Assembly: GCA_027351145.1 (NCBI GenBank)
Contig: DAIEIZ010000076.1
Coordinates: 1 to 47,816, forward strand
Length of the DNA stretch: 47,816 bases
Source: Candidatus Moraniibacteriota bacterium
Lineage (GTDB): Bacteria; Patescibacteriota; Minisyncoccia; Moranbacterales; UBA2206
Direction of reading: 5' to 3'
The position numbers were made by a program, and so were the translations under genes. Under the pieces are notes generated by a model. The model saw nothing but the letters and a program-made list of their open reading frames with translations, was not told where the DNA came from and made no database searches. Positions 19,902-28,415 of the stretch are shown one piece after another (the stretch's first letter is position 1; the number at the start of each line of letters is the position of its first letter).

Positions 19902-21695
19902 TTATTCCACATGAAACAATTTCCATAAAAACACAACAAACAAAACCAATCCAACAATCCCCCATTCTGACCAAATTAAAAGAAAAATATTATGCACTGG
20001 CTGATATTGCCAAATCTCAAGATTTGGCAATAACCTCTCTGCGGTTATAACAAACTGCCCTGTACCAACGCCAACCATTGGATTATCCGCAATAATCCGC
20101 TCGGAGATAGACAAATATAACCCCCTTTCCGTAAGCGACTTCACAAGCAAGACATAAAATTCAACTCTAAAGAAAAACAGGCCTGTCAATGTAGCTAATC
20201 CTAAGCCTAGCAATAGCCTAAAATGTTCCACGTGGAACAATTTTTTCAAACTAATCCCCCTAAATGTTCCACGTGGAACATTTATATACACAAGAGCAAC
20301 CAATAAAGCTAAAATAGCTGATTTAGAAAAAGAAAGAATTATCCCAATAATTTGGACCGCTAGAACAAATTTAATAAAATTCGATTTAATTGTTCCACGT
20401 GGAACATTTTCGACTGATAAATCATTATTGCTCAAATTGTTCCACGGGGAACATTTTTCAGCATCTTGTTCCACGTGGAACAATTTCGAATAAAGCATAG
20501 TAGCCATGATTGAAAAAAATAAAAATCCACCCAAAATATTCGGGTGAGGAAAGAGACCATAGGAACGAATAAAGACATGATGATTAGCGACAATTTTTGC
20601 CACCCCGGGAATACTTTGACCAATTAAGCTTTCTTTGAGCAAAAATAGACCGAGGGAGTGCTGAATGATGAATTGAACAATTCCAGCCAAAGATTGCATT
20701 ATACCAAGGAGCATAATAATGCCAAAAAATACACCCAAATTATTAATTGTTCCACGTGAAACATTACTAGCATTTTCTATCCTTAAATTGTTCCACGTGG
20801 AACAATTACTTACATTATGCCTTTCACGCAAACTAATACCAGCTAATAAACCGCAAGCTAGCCAAAATAAGATCTGGCCTTGCCAAATATCCCACAAATA
20901 GTGGTCAAATAACATAACCACTATCAAGCCCAATAAAATTGCACGGAGATATTGGGTCATTTTTGACAAAACATATTCAAAATGTTCCACGTGGAACAAT
21001 TTAGTACTGCTATCCATAGCTTCATCTAAAATTGTTCCACGTGAAACATTACTAGATGAATATAAAAAATTGTTCCACGTGGAACAATTTAGCAAATAGC
21101 ACGGCACAAATCTTATGGCGATATAACTATATAAAAAATACAACTCCAAAAACCCAATAGATCTATAAATGCCAATTGCCCGATTTTCTGACCAAAAAAT
21201 AGACACAAATGACCAAATAACTAAAAGCAGGGGGACTAAAAAAACGCCAAAATTACAAAAAATGTTCCACGTGGAACATTTTTCACCAACATTCCGCTTG
21301 GATTGTTCCACGTGGAACAATTTAGTTAAAAACGCCTTAAAATAAGCAATTTTTCCTGTGGATAAGTTCTGAATAGATGCATTATTAACACCTTCTGCAT
21401 GATCTATCTTGTGGATAAACTTGAAAGTGCCATCACTAATCCTTGACGGATTTACTATTTTATTGCATAATATAGGTATAATCCAGCTTAGGATCGCAAG
21501 CCATAGAAATATATCAGAAACGTAAATATATGCCCCGATATACTCATTAAAAGCACCTTTTAATAAAAAGTATAATATTACTTTTCTGACCCCAAGCGTA
21601 AAAGTCAACAAAAACAAATAGAAAAACCAGATGTCTTTTGGCTGTTTCTTGTTTTTTTTCCAGATATCATCCATCTTTTCAGCTAAGTTTTCCAT
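19902..21695 (-). CDS. O-antigen ligase (Wzy_C) family polytopic membrane protein carrying in-frame parS-derived inserts
   Basis: Wzy-type motifs RSYGLFPHPNILGGFLFF, SFSKSAILALLVAL, GVGTGQF and QPVHNIFLLIWSEWGIVG, with many TM segments. Hydrophilic inserts contain KLFHVE(Q/H), CSTWN and V(P/S)RGT. Confidence 0.8.
   Translation of the reverse strand: MENLAEKMDDIWKKNKKQPKDIWFFYLFLLTFTLGVRKVILYFLLKGAFNEYIGAYIYVSDIFLWLAILSWIIPILCNKIVNPSRISDGTFKFIHKIDHAEGVNNASIQNLSTGKIAYFKAFLTKLFHVEQSKRNVGEKCSTWNIFCNFGVFLVPLLLVIWSFVSIFWSENRAIGIYRSIGFLELYFLYSYIAIRFVPCYLLNCSTWNNFLYSSSNVSRGTILDEAMDSSTKLFHVEHFEYVLSKMTQYLRAILLGLIVVMLFDHYLWDIWQGQILFWLACGLLAGISLRERHNVSNCSTWNNLRIENASNVSRGTINNLGVFFGIIMLLGIMQSLAGIVQFIIQHSLGLFLLKESLIGQSIPGVAKIVANHHVFIRSYGLFPHPNILGGFLFFSIMATMLYSKLFHVEQDAEKCSPWNNLSNNDLSVENVPRGTIKSNFIKFVLAVQIIGIILSFSKSAILALLVALVYINVPRGTFRGISLKKLFHVEHFRLLLGLGLATLTGLFFFRVEFYVLLVKSLTERGLYLSISERIIADNPMVGVGTGQFVITAERLLPNLEIWQYQPVHNIFLLIWSEWGIVGLVLFVVFLWKLFHVE
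20224..20280. repeat. parS cluster A (2 sites, starts 41 bp apart)
   Basis: Perfect palindromes at 20224-20239 and 20265-20280. They encode KKLFHVEH and NVPRGTF. Confidence 0.9.
20391..20482. repeat. parS cluster B (3 sites)
   Basis: 20391-20406 perfect, 20438-20453 TGTTCCACGGGGAACA, 20467-20482 perfect. They encode VPRGTI, CSPWNN and KLFHVEQ. Confidence 0.9.
20748..20804. repeat. parS cluster C (2 sites, starts 41 bp apart)
   Basis: 20748-20763 TGTTCCACGTGAAACA and 20789-20804 perfect palindrome. They encode NVSRGTI and CSTWNN. Confidence 0.9.
20983..21086. repeat. parS cluster D (3 sites)
   Basis: 20983-20998 perfect, 21033-21048 TGTTCCACGTGAAACA, 21071-21086 perfect. They encode KLFHVEH, NVSRGTI and CSTWNN. 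Confidence 0.9.
21263..21319. repeat. parS cluster E (2 sites, starts 41 bp apart)
   Basis: Perfect palindromes at 21263-21278 and 21304-21319. They encode CSTWNI and KLFHVEQ. Confidence 0.9.
21357..21418 (-). promoter_or_regulatory. Two perfect DnaA boxes (TGTGGATAA on the plus strand), 53 bp apart
   Basis: Exact 9-mers at 21357-21365 and 21410-21418, in the same orientation, inside the same hydrophilic insert region as parS cluster E. Confidence 0.4.
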
Positions 21696-21764
21696 AGTAG
21701 TAGTTCAGGGATAAGTGTTACTAGTGTAGTATTTTTCAAAATTATTCGCAAATTGAGATTAAAA

Positions 21765-21792
21765 TTGACTATCTTGTGTTAACTGTTATGAT
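21765..21792 (+). promoter_or_regulatory. Candidate promoter of the tRNA-Ala/Val/Arg cluster
   Basis: TTGACT-N16-TATGAT, ending about 25 nt upstream of tRNA-Ala. An alternative TAGAAT lies at 21803-21808. Confidence 0.45.
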
Positions 21793-21817
21793 TAATAGGC
21801 GATAGAATGAATATTTA

Positions 21818-21888
21818 GGGCCTATAGTAAAGCGGTATTACGGATCCATGGCATGGATCAGTCTAGGGTTCGACTCCCTATAGGTCCA
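21818..21888 (+). tRNA. tRNA-Ala (anticodon GGC)
   Basis: Acceptor GGGCCTA/TAGGTCC with the G3:U70 alanine identity pair, anticodon stem GATCC/GGATC, loop ATGGCAT, T-loop TTCGACT. Confidence 0.88.
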
Positions 21889-21892
21889 CATT

Positions 21893-21966
21893 GGATGATT
21901 AGCTCAGTTGGTTAGAGCGTACGATTCACATTCGTAAGGTCACTGGTTCGAGCCCAGTATCGTCCA
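21893..21966 (+). tRNA. tRNA-Val (anticodon CAC)
   Basis: Acceptor GGATGAT/ATCGTCC, D-arm GCTCAGTTGGTTAGAGC, anticodon stem TACGA/TCGTA, loop TTCACAT, T-loop TTCGAGC. Confidence 0.9.
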
Positions 21967-21988
21967 CAGATAAACAGTTAACATCCAA

Positions 21989-22060
21989 GCCCTCATAGCT
22001 CAATGGATAGAGCAAATCCGTCCTAAGGATGAGATGTAGGTTCGATTCCTACTGAGGGCA
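21989..22060 (+). tRNA. tRNA-Arg (anticodon CCT)
   Basis: Acceptor GCCCTCA/TGAGGGC, D-arm GCTCAATGGATAGAGC, anticodon loop GTCCTAA, T-loop TTCGATT. Confidence 0.85.
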
Positions 22061-22067
22061 CAAAGAC

Positions 22068-22096
22068 TTGCCAAAACAAAAAAGATAGACTATACT
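22068..22096 (+). promoter_or_regulatory. Sigma-70-type promoter immediately after tRNA-Arg
   Basis: TTGCCA-N17-TATACT. It shares the 11-mer CTTGCCAAAAC with the pnp promoter candidate. Confidence 0.5.
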
Positions 22097-22182
22097 AAAT
22101 TTACGTTAATTATTAAGAAAAAAATAAATAGGGGAATGCCTTAATTCCTCACGTCTCAGCCCTTTAGGGCGCATTCTTAATA

Positions 22183-22214
22183 ATTTCCAATATTTCTGGA
22201 AATTTTTTATTTTT
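22183..22214 (+). terminator. Candidate AT-rich terminator or attenuator upstream of rpsA
   Basis: ATTTCCA-ATATTTC-TGGAAAT (7-bp stem) followed by TTTTTTATTTTT. Confidence 0.4.
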
Positions 22215-22329
22215 ATATAAAAGCTATTCGCATATCCCGTTTTCATATTGCGGACTCTCAAAGCAAATAACGACATTTTTTTTAATTATTATCCCGTAGT
22301 CCTAATGTCAGCTACAAAAATCTAATCAC

Positions 22330-23679
22330 ATGAATGATATACTCTCTAAGTTAGCTACTGAAGTAGACAAATTGAGCGATGAAAAGACTACTATACCAGC
22401 TCCGATTAAAAAAACTGACACTAAAACTGCGCCAGAAGAAAAAATTCCTTCCTTCATGGAGCAATTACTTCTGGATAATCCGATTGAATTTCCCGCAGTC
22501 GGAGACACAGTCATTGGAACGGTCTTAGAAGTTTCTTCTAGTGAAATTTATCTTGATCTTGGACCGTTTGGGACAGGCTTGGTTTTGGGCAAAGAAATTA
22601 AGGACGGGATGGGTTCTGGCAAACTTAAATTGGGCGATAAGGTTTCAGCTACTGTGACTGATTTAGAAAATGAAGATGGCTATATTGAGCTTTCCATACG
22701 CGAAGCATCCTATGAAAAAGCCTGGGAAGATATTGAAAAGAAACGAGATGCTGGAGATAAGGTTAAAACGAAAGTTATCAGCGCCAACAAAGGAGGACTA
22801 CTTATCGAAATCAATGGTATTGCCGGATTTTTACCCGTGTCACAACTTTCTAGCAAAAATTATCCTCGCGTGGAAGATGGCGATAAAAATAAGATCCTCA
22901 ATCTGCTTAAAAAATTAGTTGGAAAAGAATTGGAGGTTTGCGTTTTAGACATTGACCGTGAAGCAGAGAAACTGATTGCTAGTGAAAAAGCAGCGCAAAG
23001 CGATCGCGACAAGGAAACTATTTCTAATTTTAGAGTAGGCGACGTGATCTCTGGTGAAATCAGCGGCGTAGTTGATTTTGGCGCTTTCGTTAAATTCTCC
23101 CCATTTAGCGAAAACGGAGAGGTAAATGAAAAGGAAAAAGTGGAAGGACTTGTCCATATTTCAGAACTCGCATGGCAACTAATTGAAAACCCGCGAACAA
23201 TCGTGAAAGTGGGGGATAAGGTTGAAGCGAAAATTATCGGCATTGATAATGACAAAATATCTCTTTCTATTCGCGCCTTGCAAGCAGACCCATGGACCCA
23301 AGCAACTGATAAATACAAAGTGGGGGACATTGCAACTGGAAAGGTACATAAAATCAATCACTTTGGTGCTTTCGTTTATCTTGATAATGATATTCATGGT
23401 CTCGCACACATTAGTGAAATGCTTGATACGCATCCTGGAAAAAATATCAACGACTTAATCAAAACCGGAGATGACTATAGCTGGAAAATTCTTTCTATTG
23501 AACCGCGGGAGCACCGCATGGGGCTAACTCTAGTTTCTAACAAAGAAAAATTGGCCGAGGAAATGAAAGAAAAAAAGGCGAAAAAAGAAAAAGCTGAAAA
23601 AGAAGAAGAAAAAATGGAAGAAGATGCAGAAAAACCAGTCGATAAAAAGGCAAGGAAAGTCAAGAAAGAAAAAGAATAA
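22330..23679 (+). CDS. rpsA: 30S ribosomal protein S1 (multi-S1-domain) with K/E-rich tail
   Basis: Repeated S1/OB modules (GDTVIGTVLEV.., GDKVKTKVISANKGGLLIEINGIAGFLPVSQL, GDVISGEISGVVDFGAFVKF, GDIATGKVHKINHFGAFVYLDNDIHGLAHISE) and a terminal KEKKAKKEKAEKEEE tail. Confidence 0.9.
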   Translation: MNDILSKLATEVDKLSDEKTTIPAPIKKTDTKTAPEEKIPSFMEQLLLDNPIEFPAVGDTVIGTVLEVSSSEIYLDLGPFGTGLVLGKEIKDGMGSGKLKLGDKVSATVTDLENEDGYIELSIREASYEKAWEDIEKKRDAGDKVKTKVISANKGGLLIEINGIAGFLPVSQLSSKNYPRVEDGDKNKILNLLKKLVGKELEVCVLDIDREAEKLIASEKAAQSDRDKETISNFRVGDVISGEISGVVDFGAFVKFSPFSENGEVNEKEKVEGLVHISELAWQLIENPRTIVKVGDKVEAKIIGIDNDKISLSIRALQADPWTQATDKYKVGDIATGKVHKINHFGAFVYLDNDIHGLAHISEMLDTHPGKNINDLIKTGDDYSWKILSIEPREHRMGLTLVSNKEKLAEEMKEKKAKKEKAEKEEEKMEEDAEKPVDKKARKVKKEKE

Positions 23680-23766
23680 CCGTTCATCTCTTAAACCCCC
23701 AATACAAATAGAGACGCACGAACCAATATTTTGAAAAACCATACGATAAATTTATTTTCAAAACTT

Positions 23767-24330
23767 ATGTCTAATATCTTTATTATTTCCGGCCCTTCCG
23801 GCGCCGGAGAAGATAGTGTCATTGAAGGATTGAAAAAAATTCTTCCTATTGAAAAAATAGTCACCTCCACAACAAGAAAGATGCGCAAAGGAGAAGCGAA
23901 TGGGGTCAACTACTATTATCTTTCCCGGGCGGAATTTGAAGAAAAAATCAAAAATGACGCTTTAGCTGAATGGGCACAAGAATATAATAATAATTTTTAC
24001 GGCGTCACCAAAGAAGAATTAGCAAGAGTAGAAAATTCCGGGAAGATTGGGCTTTGGAAAATTGAATATAAGGGCGTGATAACAGCCAAAACCAAATTTC
24101 CTGAAATCAAATCAATCTATATCGCACCGCCTTCGCTAGAAATTTTACGCCAAAGAATCGTGCGCCGTGACCCCACTGTCTCCGAAGATTATCTCAATGA
24201 ACGAATGAACTACACGCGAGAATGGATGAAACATGAAAATATCTATGACTACAAGGTACTTAATGAGGAGGGGAAGCTGGAAGAAACGATTCAGAAAGTT
24301 GCTGAGATTATCGAGAACGTAAATGGCTAA
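23767..24330 (+). CDS. gmk: Guanylate kinase
   Basis: P-loop ISGPSGAGEDS, then TTRKMRKGEANGVNYYYLS and WAQEYNNNFYGV. I prefer ATG 23767 over the upstream TTG at 23731. Confidence 0.88.
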   Translation: MSNIFIISGPSGAGEDSVIEGLKKILPIEKIVTSTTRKMRKGEANGVNYYYLSRAEFEEKIKNDALAEWAQEYNNNFYGVTKEELARVENSGKIGLWKIEYKGVITAKTKFPEIKSIYIAPPSLEILRQRIVRRDPTVSEDYLNERMNYTREWMKHENIYDYKVLNEEGKLEETIQKVAEIIENVNG

Positions 24331-25273
24331 CTTAATCAAAAAAATCCAAAACTCTATTTTTGAAAATTCTCTTTTTGAGAGAAATTCTAAAATTGTCTTG
24401 GGAGTTTCCGGAGGGCCGGATTCAACTTGCCTCCTTGATATATTTTCAAAACTACAAAAAAAATACGCTATAGAATTATCCATCGCCCACGTCAATTACC
24501 ATCTGCGCGGAAAAGACAGCAAAAAAGATGAGGACTTCGTGGGAAAGCTAGCAGAAAAATATAAACTATCGATCAATATTCTTGACGCTAAAATTGAAGA
24601 GGGGGATAAGTCGGAAGAAAAATTACGAGATATTCGATATGCTTTTTTTGAAGAAGTGCGCAAAGAAAATAAATTTGATTTCATTGCTGTCGCGCACAAT
24701 TCTGACGACCAAGCAGAAACTGTGCTAATGCGCCTCATTCGCGGAACAGGGCTCAATGGTCTCTCTGCTATGCGCGCCAAGAATGAAAAAATTATCAGAC
24801 CGTTACTCGACACGACTCGAAAAGAAATTACTGCATATTTGAGATCAAATAGATTAAGCTATCGAATCGACAAGACAAACAAAGAATCTATTTATCTGCG
24901 AAATAAAATTAGAAATAGATTGATTCCATACCTCGAAAAAAATTTCAACCCCAATATAAAATTTGTGCTCGCCAAGAGCGCAAAGGCCTTTGGGGAAGAT
25001 TATGCCGTAATTAAAGAGCTGGCAGAAAAAGCTTGGAAAAACAACCAATTGTTGTACGTTGAAAAAATTCTCGCGCAACCGGTAGCAATCCAAAAGAGAA
25101 TTATCCAAAAAGCCTTGACGCAAAAGAATGAAAAAATTAATCGGAAAGGTTTTTCTCAGATTGAAGAAATTCTAAAAGCACTGAGAAGCACAAAAAACAA
25201 AAATCAAGTCATCTCCGGTGCAGGATTGAAAATGACAAGATATGGTGATAAGATTAACTTGGAACTTATTTAA
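24323..25273 (+). CDS. tilS: tRNA(Ile)-lysidine synthase
   Basis: PP-loop LGVSGGPDS, AHVNYHLRG, AVAHNSDDQAETVLMRLIRG. 8-nt overlap with gmk. Confidence 0.9.
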   Translation: MANLIKKIQNSIFENSLFERNSKIVLGVSGGPDSTCLLDIFSKLQKKYAIELSIAHVNYHLRGKDSKKDEDFVGKLAEKYKLSINILDAKIEEGDKSEEKLRDIRYAFFEEVRKENKFDFIAVAHNSDDQAETVLMRLIRGTGLNGLSAMRAKNEKIIRPLLDTTRKEITAYLRSNRLSYRIDKTNKESIYLRNKIRNRLIPYLEKNFNPNIKFVLAKSAKAFGEDYAVIKELAEKAWKNNQLLYVEKILAQPVAIQKRIIQKALTQKNEKINRKGFSQIEEILKALRSTKNKNQVISGAGLKMTRYGDKINLELI

Positions 25274-25293
25274 TTTTTATATAACAAAAATTT

Positions 25294-27210
25294 ATGAAAA
25301 ATCTCTTGCGAAATATTAGCTATGTTTTATTTTTCTTTCTCTTCCTCTCTGGCGTCCTCATTCTTCTCAATAATCCAGAAAAAAAACCGGCTGATATTTC
25401 CCTTTCCACACTTGTCGCTCAAATCAATGATCAGAAAGTTAAGGAAATTGATGTCACCGATAGCAATTTAAATGTCATTATGACTGATGGAACTATTGAG
25501 AAATCACTCAAGGAAAAAGAGGCAGGACTGACAGAAACTTTCAAAAACTACGGCGTAGACCCGGCAAAACTTGATAGTGTTAATATTGTAGTCAAAGGAG
25601 AAAGTTCGGCCAGTCTCTGGCTTGGAGCAATCCTACCCTTTCTCTTGCCATTTATCCTTATTGCTGGTTTCATTTGGTTCATGCTTCGCCAAGCGCAAAG
25701 AGGCAATAATCAGGCGCTTTCCTTTGGAACTTCCCGCGCACGAGTCTCTGACCCAAAAGATAAGAAGAATCGCGTGGTGTTTAATGATGTGGCTGGAGCA
25801 AAAGAAGCCAAAGAGGAACTTTATGAAATTGTAGAATTTTTAAAAACTCCTAAGAAGTTTTTAAGTCTTGGCGCAAAAATTCCCAAAGGCGTTCTACTTT
25901 TAGGCTCTCCTGGAACAGGAAAGACTTTAATTGCTAAAGCTGTCGCTGGAGAAGCAAATGTGCCATTTTTCAATATTTCTGGTTCAGAATTCGTGGAAAT
26001 GTTTGTTGGAGTTGGTGCTTCTCGCGTGCGAGATCTTTTCAAGCAAGCCAAAAAAAATTCTCCAGCCATTGTTTTTATTGACGAGATTGATGCAGTAGGG
26101 AGGCACCGTGGAGCAGGACTTGGCGGGGGACATGACGAACGTGAGCAAACTCTTAATCAAATCCTAGTTGAAATGGACGGTTTTGATACCAACACAAACG
26201 TAATTGTAATTGCTGCCACCAATCGCCCGGATGTGCTTGATCCAGCACTACTTCGTCCAGGTCGTTTCGACCGTCGAGTAGTAATGGACCTTCCTGACAT
26301 TGAAGAACGCGCCGCTATTCTTAAGATTCATTCCAAAAACAAGCCACTAGTGAAAGATATCGATTTGCGCGTAATTGCACAGAGGACACCAGGATTTTCC
26401 GGAGCTGATCTTGCGAATTTACTCAATGAAGCCGCAATTCTGTCCGCCCGCCGTGGCAAAAAAACCATCGGAATGAACGAGCTGGCCGAATCAATTGAGA
26501 AAGTTATTCTTGGTCCGGAGAGAAAAAGTCGCCGCATTGACGAAGATGAAAAGAAAATAATTGCTTACCACGAAGCAGGCCATGCCCTTATTGCTTCAAC
26601 CCTAAAACACGCCGACCCAGTGCAAAAGATTTCCATTATTTCCCGTGGTAATGCCGGGGGATATACATTAAACGCTCCAATTAAAGACAAAACGCTTCAC
26701 TCGCGCAATTATTTTATTGATGAGTTATCAGTCTTTTTGGGAGGTTATCTTAGTGAAAGATTAAATTTTGGAGACATTACGACCGGTGCATCAAATGACC
26801 TTGAAAGAGCGACTGCGATTGCAAGAAACTTAGTTACACGCTATGGTATGAGCGATCTTGGTCCTCGCACTTTTGGTCACAAAGAAGAAATGGTCTTTCT
26901 TGGCAAAGAAATGCGTGAGGAAAAAAATTATTCAGAAGAAACCGCTCGCGAAATTGACAATCAAGTCACAAAATTTATTGATGATGCATATAAGGTGGCA
27001 GAAAAAATTCTCATCGACAAAAAAGAACTCTTAGACAAAATTTCTAATATTCTTTTGGAGAAGGAAACGATTGAACAAGTCGAGTTCAATGAAATTATGG
27101 GGATTGTTCCGATAAAAAAAATTGAAGAGGAAATTACCGCAGAATCAACTGAGGCAAAAACTGAAATTGCAAAAGAAAAAACCGAAACTGTGGAAATAAA
27201 AACAACTTAA
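25294..27210 (+). CDS. ftsH: ATP-dependent zinc metalloprotease FtsH
   Basis: Two TM segments, Walker [10 protein letters not shown], Walker [32 protein letters not shown], zinc motif HEAGHAL. Confidence 0.96.
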   Translation: MKNLLRNISYVLFFFLFLSGVLILLNNPEKKPADISLSTLVAQINDQKVKEIDVTDSNLNVIMTDGTIEKSLKEKEAGLTETFKNYGVDPAKLDSVNIVVKGESSASLWLGAILPFLLPFILIAGFIWFMLRQAQRGNNQALSFGTSRARVSDPKDKKNRVVFNDVAGAKEAKEELYEIVEFLKTPKKFLSLGAKIPKGVLLLGSPGTGKTLIAKAVAGEANVPFFNISGSEFVEMFVGVGASRVRDLFKQAKKNSPAIVFIDEIDAVGRHRGAGLGGGHDEREQTLNQILVEMDGFDTNTNVIVIAATNRPDVLDPALLRPGRFDRRVVMDLPDIEERAAILKIHSKNKPLVKDIDLRVIAQRTPGFSGADLANLLNEAAILSARRGKKTIGMNELAESIEKVILGPERKSRRIDEDEKKIIAYHEAGHALIASTLKHADPVQKISIISRGNAGGYTLNAPIKDKTLHSRNYFIDELSVFLGGYLSERLNFGDITTGASNDLERATAIARNLVTRYGMSDLGPRTFGHKEEMVFLGKEMREEKNYSEETAREIDNQVTKFIDDAYKVAEKILIDKKELLDKISNILLEKETIEQVEFNEIMGIVPIKKIEEEITAESTEAKTEIAKEKTETVEIKTT

Positions 27211-27230
27211 AGTTTGTGTAATATAAACTT

Positions 27231-28232
27231 ATGCCAAATATTGATTATTTAAAAATTTTCCGCGATGCGTGGAAGATCATTTGGAAAAACCGCTTTTTGT
27301 GGTGGTTTGGTTTATTTTTAATAATGCCGGGAATCTTAAATCTTCAATATTCTCCACAGCGCGATAATAATTCGCAGGAAAACTGGCCGGCTGCTTTTGA
27401 AAAAATCCACCTGCAGGAATTTCTCGCAAATCATGCAACACCCATTGCATTTGCGCTAGGCATCCTATCGGTTCTATTTTTAGTCTTTCTTGTGATAAGA
27501 CTTATCAGCAGAGGAGCGCTGATTAAATCCACCCAGCGAATATTAAAAAATGAACCTGCTGATTTTAGACTAGGCTTTAAGGATGGCAAAAAATATTTTT
27601 GGAAAATACTAACAATCCTATTCTTTTCTGGATTAGCGATAGTTTTTTTCATTATCGTACTAGCCATCCCTATCATAATTCTATTTAATGCAAAATCATA
27701 TATTATTGGAGGCATCCTTGCGCTTATTGCAATTATTATCCTCATTCCACTCCTTATTTTGTGCAAATACCTTCAGGTATACGCTTCTTTCTATATAGTT
27801 CTAGCTGACCTCAAACCTTGGCTAGCAGTAGAAAACGCCTATATGCTTTTCAAAAAAAACATACTCTCTAGCATTATCATGTCGCTGCTTTTTATTCCCC
27901 TTGGCATTATTTCATTTTTCGTTCTTATTGCGTTATTCCTAACAATCTTAATTGTCTTCGGCCTAATTGGCTTAGTTTTATTTTTTATCTTGAAAGATAC
28001 TGGCGCTATAATTGCTATTGTCCTAGGCCTCCTTGCTTTCATCCTCGCAGCGATTCTCTTCTACTCAATTTTTAGCGCTTTCTCCGAAGTCTCCTGGGTC
28101 TTGTTTTTTCATGTCATCGCCACACCGAAAGAAAAAGAAAAGATTAAGGAAAAAGTGTCAGAAGAAAAAACGGTATCAGCCTTGCCAACCACCGAAGCCA
28201 TGAAAACGATTAAAACTGAAACTGACAAGTAA
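27231..28232 (+). CDS. Polytopic membrane protein, unknown function
   Basis: At least six hydrophobic segments and a C-terminal KEKEKIKEK tail. TAATAT lies 6 nt upstream of the ATG. Confidence 0.6.
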   Translation: MPNIDYLKIFRDAWKIIWKNRFLWWFGLFLIMPGILNLQYSPQRDNNSQENWPAAFEKIHLQEFLANHATPIAFALGILSVLFLVFLVIRLISRGALIKSTQRILKNEPADFRLGFKDGKKYFWKILTILFFSGLAIVFFIIVLAIPIIILFNAKSYIIGGILALIAIIILIPLLILCKYLQVYASFYIVLADLKPWLAVENAYMLFKKNILSSIIMSLLFIPLGIISFFVLIALFLTILIVFGLIGLVLFFILKDTGAIIAIVLGLLAFILAAILFYSIFSAFSEVSWVLFFHVIATPKEKEKIKEKVSEEKTVSALPTTEAMKTIKTETDK

Positions 28233-28303
28233 TTTTGACGGGAAAAGTTTTTTGCGGTAGGCTTTAATAGTTATTGCAAATATGGACGCGCGACTCAGTC
28301 TTA

Positions 28304-28415
28304 CCCCACACCATTTTTTGGGTCTGTAGCTCAGTTGGTTAGAGTGCTACATTGACATTGTAGAGGTCTCCAGTTCGAGTCTGGACAGACCCACAGTTTA
28401 AAAAATGGTGTGGGG
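28304..28415. repeat. Perfect 16-bp inverted repeat bracketing tRNA-Val(GAC)
   Basis: CCCCACACCATTTTTT (28304-28319) abuts the tRNA 5' end. AAAAAATGGTGTGGGG (28400-28415) lies 6 nt after its 3' end. The helix extends to about 19 bp with one G.U. Confidence 0.85.
28320..28393 (+). tRNA. tRNA-Val (anticodon GAC)
   Basis: Acceptor GGGTCTG/CAGACCC, anticodon stem CTACA/TGTAG, loop TTGACAT, T-loop TTCGAGT. Confidence 0.9.

Larger units (their letters stand above)
19903..21319. repeat. Array of 13 parS-like 16-bp palindromes
   Basis: Nine copies of TGTTCCACGTGGAACA start at 20224, 20265, 20391, 20467, 20789, 20983, 21071, 21263 and 21304. TGTTCCACGTGAAACA starts at 20748 and 21033. A 1-mismatch copy starts at 20438 and a degenerate copy TATTCCACATGAAACA at 19903. 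Confidence 0.9.
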
